DNA of 64,000 bases from Alphaproteobacteria bacterium (GTDB lineage: Bacteria; Pseudomonadota; Alphaproteobacteria; UBA7887): the NCBI GenBank assembly GCA_965216755.1, contig CBDCGL010000011.1:2848001-2912000 (forward strand). Reading direction: 5' to 3'. Below, piece after piece: positions 49,060 through 58,811 of this stretch. A program made the translations under genes and the position numbers. The notes under the pieces were generated by a model. That model had not been told where the DNA came from, did not search any database, and worked only from the letters and a program-made list of their open reading frames with translations. Numbering within the stretch: position 1 is the first letter of the stretch; each line of letters opens with the position of its first letter.

Positions 49060-50073
49060 ATGCCGGTAGACGCGCAATGGCTCGCCCAGGTTGAGGAAAC
49101 CCCGCTGGATCCTGACCTGCCAACCATCGACCCGCACCATCATTTGTGGGACCGGCCGGGCGACCGTTATATGCTCGACGAATTGTTGGGCGACACCAAT
49201 GCCGGCCACAATATCGTCGCGACCGTGTTCGTCGAATGCATGTCGATGTATCGCGCACGCGGACGGCGAGCCCTGCGGCCGATCGGCGAAACGGAATTCG
49301 TCAACGGCATCGCCGCGCAAAGCGCCAGTGGCATCTATGGCGACAGTCGTATTTGCGACGGCATCGTCGGCTTTGCCGATCTGACGCTTGGCGCCGCGGT
49401 CGACGAGGTTCTTGACGCACATTTGACCGCCGCGCCGGCCCGGTTTCGCGGCATTCGCCACGCGGCCGGTTGGGACGCCGATGAGCGAGTGCGCAACTCG
49501 CACACAAAACCGATCGCCGGCCTGTTCAAGACCGACAGCTTTCGCGCCGGTTTCCAACGATTGGCGCGCTATGGGTTGAGCTTCGAGGCCTGGCTCTATC
49601 ACCACCAAATTGGTGATGTGGTCGACTTGGCGACGCGCCACCCGGACACGACGATCATACTCAATCATTTTGGCGGCCCGCTGGGCATTGGCCCCTATGA
49701 AGGCCAGCGTGCGGCGATTGTCGATCGCTGGCGGCACGACATCGAACAACTCGCCGCGTGTCCGAACGTGTTTGCCAAACTGGGCGGACTCAACATGCCG
49801 ATCAACGGCTTCGATTGGCACAAACAATCGCAGCCGCCGACGTCCGACATGCTTGTCATGGCAACGCAGGACTATTATCACCACACCATTGCGTGCTTCG
49901 GTCCGAACCGGTGCATGTTCGAAAGCAATTTTCCGGTCGACAAGCAATCCTGCAGCTATGTCGTGTTGTGGAACGCGTTCAAGAAAATCGCCGCCCGGCA
50001 TTCGGCGGCCGATAAAACGGCGATGTTCCATGACACGGCCGCGCGGGTTTACCGCTTGACCGCCGAAACCTGA
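49060..50073 (+). CDS. amidohydrolase_2 family protein
   Basis: IDPHHHLWD, ILNHFGGP and CMFESNFPVDK motifs. Confidence 0.9.
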   Translation: MPVDAQWLAQVEETPLDPDLPTIDPHHHLWDRPGDRYMLDELLGDTNAGHNIVATVFVECMSMYRARGRRALRPIGETEFVNGIAAQSASGIYGDSRICDGIVGFADLTLGAAVDEVLDAHLTAAPARFRGIRHAAGWDADERVRNSHTKPIAGLFKTDSFRAGFQRLARYGLSFEAWLYHHQIGDVVDLATRHPDTTIILNHFGGPLGIGPYEGQRAAIVDRWRHDIEQLAACPNVFAKLGGLNMPINGFDWHKQSQPPTSDMLVMATQDYYHHTIACFGPNRCMFESNFPVDKQSCSYVVLWNAFKKIAARHSAADKTAMFHDTAARVYRLTAET

Positions 50074-50098
50074 TCGATCGCAAAACGGGGGCACATGG

Positions 50099-50848
50099 AT
50101 GGACTGGGTCGCGAACCCTGAGATATGGGCAAGCCTGCTGAGCCTGACCTTGCTGGAAGTGGTACTGGGCATCGACAATCTGGTGTTTTTGTCGGTCGCC
50201 ACCAGTCGCTTGCCGGATGCGCAACGCCAAGTGGCGCAACGTATCGGCCTATTGCTCGCGCTCGGCATGCGTATCGCCCTGCTGGCCAGCATCGTCTGGC
50301 TGACCGGGCTGACGGCCAATGCGTTCGTCATCTTCGGCCACGAAGTTTCGTGGCGCGATCTGATTTTGCTGGGCGGTGGTCTGTTCTTGCTCGCCAAAGG
50401 GACTTCTGAGATCCACGCGGCGGTCGAAGGTGACGGCCATGGCGAAGGCCGCAAGGGGCAAGCAAGTTTCGCCATGGTCATTGCCCAAATCGTCGTTCTT
50501 GATTTGGTGTTCTCGCTTGACTCCGTGATCACCGCGGTCGGCATGACGCGCTTTCTGCCGGTCATGATCGCGGCGGTGACCATCGCCATCGCCGTGATGA
50601 TGTTCGCCGCCCAACCGGTCAGCGATTTTGTTCACCGCCACCCAACCACCAAGATGTTGGCGCTGAGTTTTCTGTTGCTGGTGGGTGTGGCGCTGATTGC
50701 CGACGGCCTGCATTTCCACATTCCACGCGGCTATCTGTATTTCGCCATCGCCTTCTCGATGTTGGTGGAGGTGCTCAATCTGCTCGCCGCCGGGCGCCGG
50801 AAACGGCGGCGGGAAGCCGCAAGCGGTGCGCCGCCGGCCAATTTGTAA
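50099..50848 (+). CDS. TerC-family membrane protein
   Basis: LEVVLGIDNLVF and DLVFSLDSVITAVG motifs. Confidence 0.93.
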   Translation: MDWVANPEIWASLLSLTLLEVVLGIDNLVFLSVATSRLPDAQRQVAQRIGLLLALGMRIALLASIVWLTGLTANAFVIFGHEVSWRDLILLGGGLFLLAKGTSEIHAAVEGDGHGEGRKGQASFAMVIAQIVVLDLVFSLDSVITAVGMTRFLPVMIAAVTIAIAVMMFAAQPVSDFVHRHPTTKMLALSFLLLVGVALIADGLHFHIPRGYLYFAIAFSMLVEVLNLLAAGRRKRRREAASGAPPANL

Positions 50849-50920
50849 TCGGGAGTCGCGCGGCGAAAATGTAAACATGGGTTATAGGCCGGGCGCGCCG
50901 GGGCGTGCACAGTGACGCAC

Positions 50921-51481
50921 ATGCATCAGATTCGCATTCACGGCCGGGGTGGACAAGGGGTCGTGTCAGCCGCGGAAATGTTGTCGATCGCGGCGTTCGC
51001 AGACGGCGAACATGCCCAGGCCATACCCAGCTTCGGATCGGAACGCATGGGCGCACCGGTGGCCGCGTATGTGCGCATTGACGATCGCGAAATCGAGCTC
51101 CGTGAACCGGTTTTGGAACCGGATATTCTGATCGTCCAAGATCCGACCTTGTTTGCCGCGATCGACGTGTTCGCCGGCTTGCGCGACGACGGCTATGTGC
51201 TCGTCAACAGCATGAAGAGCGCCGAAGAACTGGGCCTGGCCGAAATGGTCGCGAAATTGCCGGCGCGCCATTTCGCCGTGGTGCCCGGGACCAACTTGGC
51301 GATGGAGTTCATCAATCGACCGACGCCGAACACTGTCATGCTCGGCGCCTTTACCGCGCTCACCGATGTGGTCCGCTTGGAGTCGGTGTTTCAGGCTATC
51401 CGGCAGAAATTCCCGGGCGAAATTGGTGAAAGGAATGTGGCGGCGGCGCAAGCCGCGCACGACGCCACGCGTCTTTCATAA
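50921..51481 (+). CDS. 2-oxoacid:acceptor oxidoreductase gamma subunit
   Basis: IRIHGRGGQG, FGSERMGAPV and PNTVMLGA motifs. Confidence 0.93.
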   Translation: MHQIRIHGRGGQGVVSAAEMLSIAAFADGEHAQAIPSFGSERMGAPVAAYVRIDDREIELREPVLEPDILIVQDPTLFAAIDVFAGLRDDGYVLVNSMKSAEELGLAEMVAKLPARHFAVVPGTNLAMEFINRPTPNTVMLGAFTALTDVVRLESVFQAIRQKFPGEIGERNVAAAQAAHDATRLS

Positions 51482-51509
51482 CCCATGTTGTGCTGAGGAC
51501 GCTGCGTTC

Positions 51510-52766
51510 ATGTTGAAACAAATCGAGGGCGCCCACGCCGTTGCCGAAGCCGTCGCCTGCTGTCGGCCCGAAGTGATCGCGGCGTATCCGATCACGCCGC
51601 AAACACACATCGTCGAGACCCTGGGCACCATGGTGCGCAAGGGTGAGATCGGCCGCTGCGAGTTCCTCAATGTCGAATCCGAATTCGGCGCGATGAGCGT
51701 GTGCATCGGCGCATCGGCCACCGGGGCGCGCACCTATACCGCCACCGCCAGCCAGGGCATGCTGTTCATGATGGAAGCGGTCTACAACGCCTCCGGCATG
51801 GGGCTGCCGATCGTTATGACCGTCGGCAACCGTGCCATCGGTGCGCCGATCAACATTTGGAACGACTGGAGCGATTCGATGGCGGCGCGCGACGCCGGTT
51901 GGATCCAATTGTTCGTGGAAAGTAACCAGCAAGCCGCCGATGTCCATGTGCAGGCGTTTCGCCTGGCCGAAGAAGTGAGTCTGCCGGTAATGGTGTGCAT
52001 GGATGGTTTCATCTTGACCCATGCCTATGAGCGGGTCGACGTGCCGGAACCGGCAGACGTCGATCGTTTTCTGCCGCCGTTCCAGCCGCGCCAAGTGCTT
52101 GACCCGGCGGCGCCGTTGTCGATGGGGGCCATGGTCGGCCCCGAGGCGTTCACCGAGGTCCGCTTTCTCGCCCATTTCAAGCAACTCGAGGCTTTGGCAC
52201 TGATTCCGGAGCATGCCGCCGCCTTCAAAGAGATTTTCGGCCGCGATTCGGGCGGATTGATCAAGAGCCACGACGCCGAAGGGGCGGAGACCGTGGTCAT
52301 TACCATGGGCTCGGTGATCGGCACGATCAAAGAGGTGCTGCGCGACATGCGCGCCGACGGCGTATCCATCGGCGCAGTCACAATTCGCAGTTTTCGCCCG
52401 TTCCCCAGCGCCGCCTTGCGCGCCGCCGTCGCAAACGCCAAACGGGTGATCGTGTTTGAAAAGAGCTTGGCGGTCGGCATTGGCGGCATTCTGGCGACCG
52501 ACGTCCGGACCGCGCTCCACAATCAACCGATCGCCATCCACTCGGCCATCGGCGGCCTTGGCGGTCGGTCGATCACGCGCGAGAATCTGCGCCGTATGTT
52601 CGACAAGGGCGTCAGTGATCAAATGGAAGACCCGCATTTTCACGATGTCCGCATGGATGTCATCCAGCGCCAGTTGGCCCGCGAACGCGACGAGCGGCGG
52701 TCCGGCGCGGCAGCTGAAAACATCCTGCAGGATTTGGGTGTCGTGGCGGCGGCCAAGGCAAACTAG
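51510..52766 (+). CDS. 2-oxoacid:acceptor oxidoreductase alpha subunit
   Basis: AYPITPQT, VESEFGAMS, TATASQG and NRAIGAPINI motifs. Confidence 0.94.
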   Translation: MLKQIEGAHAVAEAVACCRPEVIAAYPITPQTHIVETLGTMVRKGEIGRCEFLNVESEFGAMSVCIGASATGARTYTATASQGMLFMMEAVYNASGMGLPIVMTVGNRAIGAPINIWNDWSDSMAARDAGWIQLFVESNQQAADVHVQAFRLAEEVSLPVMVCMDGFILTHAYERVDVPEPADVDRFLPPFQPRQVLDPAAPLSMGAMVGPEAFTEVRFLAHFKQLEALALIPEHAAAFKEIFGRDSGGLIKSHDAEGAETVVITMGSVIGTIKEVLRDMRADGVSIGAVTIRSFRPFPSAALRAAVANAKRVIVFEKSLAVGIGGILATDVRTALHNQPIAIHSAIGGLGGRSITRENLRRMFDKGVSDQMEDPHFHDVRMDVIQRQLARERDERRSGAAAENILQDLGVVAAAKAN

Positions 52767-52781
52767 CAAGGCGTGGCACCA

Positions 52782-53801
52782 ATGGCGCATCACCCGGAAA
52801 GCACGCAAAAAATCAAATTTTACCAAACCGGAACGTTCACGGTTGGCAACCGGTTGCTGATCTCTCAGCATCGGGCGGTGCAAGCCAGCCGCGACCGGTC
52901 GAACTCGCTCGACTCCGGGCACCGGGCATGTCAGGGCTGCGGCGAGGCGCTGGGGGCGCGCTATGCCATCGATGCGGCCATGCGCGCAACCGACAACCAA
53001 CTGATCGCGGTCAACGCCACCGGTTGTTTGGAAGTGTTCACGACACCCTATCCGGAAACCGCTTGGTCGGTGCCGTGGATCCATTCCTTGTTCGGCAACG
53101 CCGCGGCGGTCGGCGCCGGCGTCGCGGCCGCGCTGCGGGCGAAGGGCCGCACCGAGACCCGGGTCGTCGCACAAGGCGGGGACGGCGGCACTTTTGATAT
53201 TGGCATGGGCTGCCTTTCCGGCATGTTCGACCGCAACGATGACGTGCTTTATATTTGTTACAATAATGAAGCTTACATGAACACGGGCGTGCAGCGATCA
53301 AGCGCCACGCCTGGCGGTGCGCGCACCAACACGACCATGCCGGTCGGCCAGGAACCGGGTAACCCATTCCATTCCGGCAAGAGCGTGCCGCTGATTGCCA
53401 TGGCACATAATATACCGTATGTCGCGACGGCATCGGTCCATGACCTTCACGACCTGGAGCATAAGGTCGAAAAAGCGATGGCGATTCATGGTGCCCGATA
53501 CGTCGAAGTGTTTGTGCCATGCCCGTTGGGCTGGGGATCGCAACCGGCCGAGACCATCCATATCGCCCGCTTGGCCGTGGAGACTGGTATCTATCCTTTG
53601 TTCGAAGCGGAGCATGGCGAGGTGACCCATGTTACGAAAATCCGATCACGGCAACCGGTGGCAGCCTACCTGAAACCGCAACGTCGATTCGCGCATGTTT
53701 TCAAGCCAGAAAATGCCGACGAATTGGCGGCGCTGCAAGCCATCGCCGACGCCAACATGCGCAAATTCGGCCTCCTGCCGTCTGAGGACTCGGCGCCATG
53801 A
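52782..53801 (+). CDS. 2-oxoacid:acceptor oxidoreductase beta (TPP-binding) subunit
   Basis: GHRACQGCG, TGCLEV, GGDGGTFDIG, NEAYMNTGVQRS and PCPLGW motifs. Confidence 0.94.
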   Translation: MAHHPESTQKIKFYQTGTFTVGNRLLISQHRAVQASRDRSNSLDSGHRACQGCGEALGARYAIDAAMRATDNQLIAVNATGCLEVFTTPYPETAWSVPWIHSLFGNAAAVGAGVAAALRAKGRTETRVVAQGGDGGTFDIGMGCLSGMFDRNDDVLYICYNNEAYMNTGVQRSSATPGGARTNTTMPVGQEPGNPFHSGKSVPLIAMAHNIPYVATASVHDLHDLEHKVEKAMAIHGARYVEVFVPCPLGWGSQPAETIHIARLAVETGIYPLFEAEHGEVTHVTKIRSRQPVAAYLKPQRRFAHVFKPENADELAALQAIADANMRKFGLLPSEDSAP

Positions 53802-55453
53802 CGACGGAGAACCGGCCGCAATCTGCGTCGAAACCGTTCGCTATCACCCTTGATGCCGGATCGAGCTTGCTCAACAAAACCGGTAGCTGGCGCACGGAGC
53901 GGCCGGTCTATGTGGATCGCCTGCCGCCGTGCAATCACGCTTGCCCCGCCGGTGAGAATATCCAAGCCTGGCTTTTTCATGCCGAGGAGGGTGATTATCT
54001 GGGCGCGTGGCAAGAAATCATGCGCAACAACCCACTGCCCGCGATCATGGGTCGCGCTTGCTACCATCCCTGCCAAACCGCCTGCAACCGTGTCCAGCTT
54101 GATAGCGCGGTCAATATCCACGCTGTTGAACGTTTTCTGGGTGATCTAGCGATTGAATCGGGTTGGTCGGTCACGGCCGACGGCGCCCCCAGCGGCAAGC
54201 AAGTGCTGGTCATAGGGGCCGGCCCGAGTGGGCTATCGGCCGCCTATCACCTGGCCCGCGCCGGCCATACAGTGACAATTCGCGAAGCCGGGCCGGTGGC
54301 CGGTGGCATGATGCGCTTCGGCATTCCCAAATATCGCTTGCCACGCGACATCGTCGACGCCGAAGTCGCGCGCATAGTGGCGCTCGGTGTCACGTTGAGC
54401 TTGAACGACAAAGTCGACGATATTCCGGCCGCCATGTCCGAGGGCGGCTTTGATGCCTGTTTCGTCGCCATTGGCGCCCATCTCGCCAAACGCGTCGATA
54501 TCCCAACCCCGGACGCGGGGCGGATCTTGGATGCCGCCACCGTGTTGCGCCAGATCGAAACCGGCGATGCACCGCCGCAGCTCGGCCGCCGCGTGGTGGT
54601 CTATGGCGGCGGCAATACCGCCATGGACATGGCGCGCACCGCCAAACGACTGGGCGCCGACGAAACGGTGATCGTCTATCGCCGCACCCGCGCCCAAATG
54701 CCCGCTCATGATTTCGAGGTCGACGAGGCGATCGAGGAAGGCGTGGTGATGAATTGGCTGACCACCATTAAAGAAGCGGGCGACGAAGGCTTTGTGGTCG
54801 AAAAGATGGCGCTTGACGATGATGGCTGGCCGCAGCCGACCGGCGAGTTTGAAACTATCGAAGCCGATACTTTGGTGCTGGCGCTGGGGCAGAACGTCGA
54901 TACCACGATTCTGCGGAATTTGCCCGGCGTGACCATCGACGACGGTGTCGTTCAGGTTGGCCCCGACATGATGACCGGCTATGCGGGCGTGTTTGCCGGC
55001 GGCGACATGGTCCCGTCGGAGCGCACGGTCACGGTCGCGGTCGGCCACGGCAAAAAGGCGGCCCGCCATATCGATGCCTATTTGCGTGGAACGCGCCACG
55101 CGCCACCACCAAAGCACGAGCTGGTCGGTTTCGAACAGCTCAATCCCTGGTACTACTCCGATGCCGCCGCGACCGAACAGCCGATGCTTGATGCCATCCG
55201 CCGGCAAACCACGTTCGAAGAGGTTCAGGGCGGACTCACGGAACGTAACGCGTTGTTCGAAGCCCGTCGTTGCCTGTCGTGCGGCAATTGCTTTGAATGT
55301 GACAATTGCTATGGCATGTGCCCAGACAACGCCATTACCAAGCTCGGCCCCGGCAAGCGCTTTGCGTTCAAATACGATTTCTGCAAGGGCTGTGGAATCT
55401 GTGCCGTCGAATGCCCTTGCGGCGCGATTAAGATGGTACCGGAAGACATCTAA
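53798..55453 (+). CDS. GltD/DsrL-like FAD/NAD(P)-dependent Fe-S oxidoreductase merged with the oxidoreductase delta (2x4Fe-4S) subunit
   Basis: KTGSWRTERP; PCNHACP and GRACYHPCQTAC; GAGPSG; GGGNTAMD...YRR; C-terminal CFECDNCYGMCP and YDFCKGCGICAVECP. Confidence 0.9.
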   Translation: MTTENRPQSASKPFAITLDAGSSLLNKTGSWRTERPVYVDRLPPCNHACPAGENIQAWLFHAEEGDYLGAWQEIMRNNPLPAIMGRACYHPCQTACNRVQLDSAVNIHAVERFLGDLAIESGWSVTADGAPSGKQVLVIGAGPSGLSAAYHLARAGHTVTIREAGPVAGGMMRFGIPKYRLPRDIVDAEVARIVALGVTLSLNDKVDDIPAAMSEGGFDACFVAIGAHLAKRVDIPTPDAGRILDAATVLRQIETGDAPPQLGRRVVVYGGGNTAMDMARTAKRLGADETVIVYRRTRAQMPAHDFEVDEAIEEGVVMNWLTTIKEAGDEGFVVEKMALDDDGWPQPTGEFETIEADTLVLALGQNVDTTILRNLPGVTIDDGVVQVGPDMMTGYAGVFAGGDMVPSERTVTVAVGHGKKAARHIDAYLRGTRHAPPPKHELVGFEQLNPWYYSDAAATEQPMLDAIRRQTTFEEVQGGLTERNALFEARRCLSCGNCFECDNCYGMCPDNAITKLGPGKRFAFKYDFCKGCGICAVECPCGAIKMVPEDI

Positions 55454-55474
55454 GCGCGCGTACTGCGAAAGGAA

Positions 55475-56191
55475 GTGAAAGTGTCGCCGTCTTTGAACGA
55501 TATTGAAAGCGCGATCCGTGCCGCAGGCTTGACCCCGCGCGGCGCGTTCTATCCCACGGCCGATGACCAAGTACCCGATTTGGCCGACGACCAACCCGCG
55601 CGCACTGTGATCCTGGTTGGCAATGCCGGACCCGCGATGTGGCAAGCCTTTTCGGCGGCGCCCCAATCCGCGCAACATCCGCTCGATCAGTGGTGCGACA
55701 CCGTCATTTCCGATCTGGCGATCGATCTCGGTGCCGAGGCTCTGTTTCCCTTTACGCGCCCGCCGATGCCGTTTCAGCGCTGGGCACGTCGTGCCGAGCC
55801 ATGCTATTCGTCGCCGCTCGGCATTTTGGTTCATCCGCGCCATGGTCTGTGGCACGCATATCGTGGCGCCTTGGCGTTTGCCGCCATTATAGACGTACCG
55901 CAGCCGCGCACGGCCGAGAACCCATGCCACAGTTGCGCTGACAAGCCATGCCTCGACACCTGCCCCGTCGACGCGTTTGATGGAAATGGGTATGACGTGC
56001 CGGCATGTGTCGCCCACGTCGAAACCCGCGCCGGCGCCGATTGTATGACCTATGGCTGCCGGGCCCGGCGCGCTTGTCCGGTCGGCCGAGAGTCGGTTTA
56101 TGACCCGGCCCAAGCCGCGTTTCACATGCGCGCTTTTTTGCGCGCCCGCCAGGCGGCGCGGCGCGCCGAGAATACGGCCAAAGGCGCCTAA
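55475..56191 (+). CDS. CblC/QueG-like Fe-S protein, putative cobalamin processing or reduction
   Basis: HPLDQW, PFQRWA, HPRHGLWHAYRGAL, CHSCADKPCLDTCP and C..RRACP motifs. The start coordinate is taken from the ORF track and may be off by one base. Confidence 0.65.
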   Translation: MKVSPSLNDIESAIRAAGLTPRGAFYPTADDQVPDLADDQPARTVILVGNAGPAMWQAFSAAPQSAQHPLDQWCDTVISDLAIDLGAEALFPFTRPPMPFQRWARRAEPCYSSPLGILVHPRHGLWHAYRGALAFAAIIDVPQPRTAENPCHSCADKPCLDTCPVDAFDGNGYDVPACVAHVETRAGADCMTYGCRARRACPVGRESVYDPAQAAFHMRAFLRARQAARRAENTAKGA

Positions 56192-56311
56192 CCTGCGTTA
56201 ATGCCTTGTTCGGCGAATCGGCAGTTCTTAAGTGTGGCATAGACCGTTTGGGCGGATCGACAACGCGCTGGCGTAACGGGTCCGAGGTGACGACTAACGG
56301 GGATCGCGGCG

Positions 56312-56950
56312 ATGTCTGTCGATGATATCTACGATGCAGTGTTGGCCTATGACGAAGAGCGGGTCGCCGACCTGGTCAAGGCGGAGCTTGACGCGGGTAC
56401 CGCAGTGAAGGAAATCCTCGACAGCGGCATGGTCGCCGCGCTCGACGATATCGGCGAACAATTCAGCGATGGCACGTTGTTCGTGCCCGAAATGCTGATG
56501 GCCGCCGAAGCCGTGCAAGCCGGGATGGATCTGCTACGCCCGATTCTGGCCCGCACCGGTGCCAAACCGATCGGCACGGTCGTGATCGGCACTGCCAAGG
56601 GCGACCTGCACGACATTGGCAAGAATCTCGTCGGCATGCTGCTTGAGGGCGCCGGCTTCCGGGTGATCGACCTCGGAACCGATGTTGACGTCGAAGACTT
56701 CATAACGACCGCCCAAGGGAACGAGGCGGACATCATTGCCGTATCCGGCTTGTTGACGACCTCGATGGCGGAAATGGAACGCGCCGCGGCAGCCATCCTT
56801 GACGCCAATCGGACGCGCAATTTGAACGTCAAGGTCATGGTCGGTGGGCCGCCGGTGAACAATGACTTCGCAACGCGGATTGGCGCTCATGGCTATGGCG
56901 ACGATGCGCCTGCCGCCGTCGATATGGCAAGGTCTTTGGTTGAGACATAA
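56312..56950 (+). CDS. stand-alone cobalamin-binding (corrinoid) protein, cap + Rossmann domain
   Basis: LFVPEML cap; GDLHDIGKNLV (DxHxxG), SGL and VGG motifs. Confidence 0.95.
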   Translation: MSVDDIYDAVLAYDEERVADLVKAELDAGTAVKEILDSGMVAALDDIGEQFSDGTLFVPEMLMAAEAVQAGMDLLRPILARTGAKPIGTVVIGTAKGDLHDIGKNLVGMLLEGAGFRVIDLGTDVDVEDFITTAQGNEADIIAVSGLLTTSMAEMERAAAAILDANRTRNLNVKVMVGGPPVNNDFATRIGAHGYGDDAPAAVDMARSLVET

Positions 56951-56990
56951 AGCGCGCTGAGGTGAGCATGGCGCCACAAGGAATGCGATC

Positions 56991-58148
56991 ATGAGCTGGA
57001 CACATCGGGAACGACTGCTGGCCGCCCTCAATCACGAACAACCCGATCGAGTACCGATCGATTTCGGCAGCGCCGGGCCGACCAGCATCACATTGGATGC
57101 GTACGAAAATCTAAAGGGATTGCTGGGCGTCAGCGCCGAAACCGCGGTGATGTCAAAAATGGCGTCGGTGGCGTGGCCGGATGAATCGATCTTGCAACGC
57201 TTTGCGGTCGACACGCGCGGGGTGCAGCCGGCAGGCTATGGTGGTGGCCGCGAAAAAAATATCGACGAGAACACATTCCTCGACGCGTTCGGCGTCACAT
57301 GGAAACGGACGATCGGCACCGAGGACGTCCATTTCCTGCACGTCGACGGGCCTTTTCACGGCGGCAAGCCTTCGATCGATGCGGTCGAGGCCTTTGACTG
57401 GCCCGATCCCGACAACCCGACGCTGATGGACGGTGTGCGTGAACGCGTGGCGGAAATCAAAGGCTATGGCCAGAACCACGCGCTGGTCCTGCATTTGCCG
57501 GGCGGAGTCATTCACCGCGGCTACGCCATGCGCGGATTTGAGCCTTATCTGAAAGATCTGTACAAGAACCGCGAATTCGTGACCCGGCTTATGGATAAGC
57601 TTGCGGATTTCTGGGTTGGTGTGGCGGAAAATATGATGCGCGCCGTCGGCCCCGAGAATGTCGATGTCGCGTTTTTCGGCGAAGATCTCGGCACCCAAGA
57701 CGGCTGCATGTTCGACCCGGCCATGTATGCGGAACTGATCAAGCCGCGTCACCGGCGGATGGTCGAAACCATCAAAAGCCAGACAGACGCAAAGGTCTGT
57801 TTTCACTGCTGTGGGTCTGCCTACCATTTCATCGACCATTTGATTGATATCGGCGTCGACGCACTGAACCCGGTCCAGGTCAGCGCCAAGGACATGGAGC
57901 CCGAGCGGCTCAAAGAAGCGTTCGGCGACCGTATCGCGTTTTGGGGTGGCATCAACTCGCAGCGGATTCTGCCTTACGGCACACCGGAAGACGTGCGTGC
58001 GGAAACGCAGCATATTATTGACACTCTCGGCGCCGGTGGCGGCTATGTGCTCAACAGCGTTCATAATATCCAGCCGGAAGTGCCACCGGAGAACGTCGTC
58101 GCCATGTTTGATGCCGGCCGCGATCACACTTATCAGCGGGCCGCATGA
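56991..58148 (+). CDS. URO-D/MtaA-CmuA family protein, putative corrinoid methyltransferase
   Basis: PDRVPIDFG, GEDLGTQ, FHCCG, LNPVQ, FWGGI and GGGYVLNSVHNIQ motifs. Confidence 0.85.
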   Translation: MSWTHRERLLAALNHEQPDRVPIDFGSAGPTSITLDAYENLKGLLGVSAETAVMSKMASVAWPDESILQRFAVDTRGVQPAGYGGGREKNIDENTFLDAFGVTWKRTIGTEDVHFLHVDGPFHGGKPSIDAVEAFDWPDPDNPTLMDGVRERVAEIKGYGQNHALVLHLPGGVIHRGYAMRGFEPYLKDLYKNREFVTRLMDKLADFWVGVAENMMRAVGPENVDVAFFGEDLGTQDGCMFDPAMYAELIKPRHRRMVETIKSQTDAKVCFHCCGSAYHFIDHLIDIGVDALNPVQVSAKDMEPERLKEAFGDRIAFWGGINSQRILPYGTPEDVRAETQHIIDTLGAGGGYVLNSVHNIQPEVPPENVVAMFDAGRDHTYQRAA

Positions 58149-58768
58149 CAACGGACAACGGCGGCCCCCGGCCGCGCACGTTGCTGATCAGCTGCGGTGC
58201 TTTGGCCCGCGAAATTGTCATTCTGGTGCGCGAGAACAGGTGGGACAATATGCGGGTACAGTGTCTGCCCGCCCATTTGCACAACACACCGGAGAAGATT
58301 CCGGATTTGGTGCGCGGCCTGATTCAGCAAGCTCGCAAAAACTATGACCAGGTTCTGGTGCTGTACGGCGATTGTGGTACCGGCGGCAAGCTGGATGCGG
58401 TGCTCGATGAAGAACGAGTTGAGCGAATCTATGGCACCCATTGCTACGAGGCCTACGCGGGCCAACACGCGTACGAAGCGTTGATGCGCGCTGAGCCCGG
58501 CAGCTTTTTTTTAACCGATTTTCTCGCGCGCCATTTCGAGCGCCTGATCGTGCGGGGCATGGCGCTGGATCGCTTTCCGAAGCTGCGCGATGTTTACTTC
58601 GGCAACTATAAGAAGGTGGTCTATCTGGCCCAGACAGACGATGAGGCACTGACGGAAAAGGCGCAAGCGGCCGCCGCGACCCTGGACCTCGCATTTGAGC
58701 GGCGCTTCACGGGCCTTGGCGACTATGAGAGGTTCCTTACCGCACGCCAAAACCATGCACCCGATTGA
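58145..58768 (+). CDS. DUF1638-family protein (cobalamin reactivation-associated)
   Basis: ISCGALARE, CLPAHLHNTP, YGDCGTGG, HCYE and FFLTDFL motifs. Confidence 0.88.
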   Translation: MTTDNGGPRPRTLLISCGALAREIVILVRENRWDNMRVQCLPAHLHNTPEKIPDLVRGLIQQARKNYDQVLVLYGDCGTGGKLDAVLDEERVERIYGTHCYEAYAGQHAYEALMRAEPGSFFLTDFLARHFERLIVRGMALDRFPKLRDVYFGNYKKVVYLAQTDDEALTEKAQAAAATLDLAFERRFTGLGDYERFLTARQNHAPD

Positions 58769-58811
58769 CAGGATGGCGACACCGGAACGCGCGCAAACGG
58801 GCCCCTAGCAA

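Noticed and set aside
13356-50848. TerB, ArsC and TerC as a metalloid-resistance system
   Set aside because: The genes are scattered over tens of kb, and each is a common stand-alone family member with no ter or ars operon context.
53798-55453. Annotation as glutamate synthase small subunit (gltD) or dsrL
   Set aside because: No gltB or dsr genes are nearby; the gene overlaps the oxidoreductase beta gene and carries delta-subunit motifs.
56192-56311. Possible SAM/SAH or cobalamin riboswitch, or sigma54 promoter, before the corrinoid gene (ACAACGCGCTGGCGT; TGGCAT)
   Set aside because: Only partial resemblance: the SAM-SAH core and B12 box are missing and there is no GC at -12. An Infernal/Rfam scan would settle it.
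56991-58148. Annotation of the URO-D proteins as hemE
   Set aside because: They lack the HemE RQAGR motif, have an HxC metal motif and lie in a corrinoid cluster.
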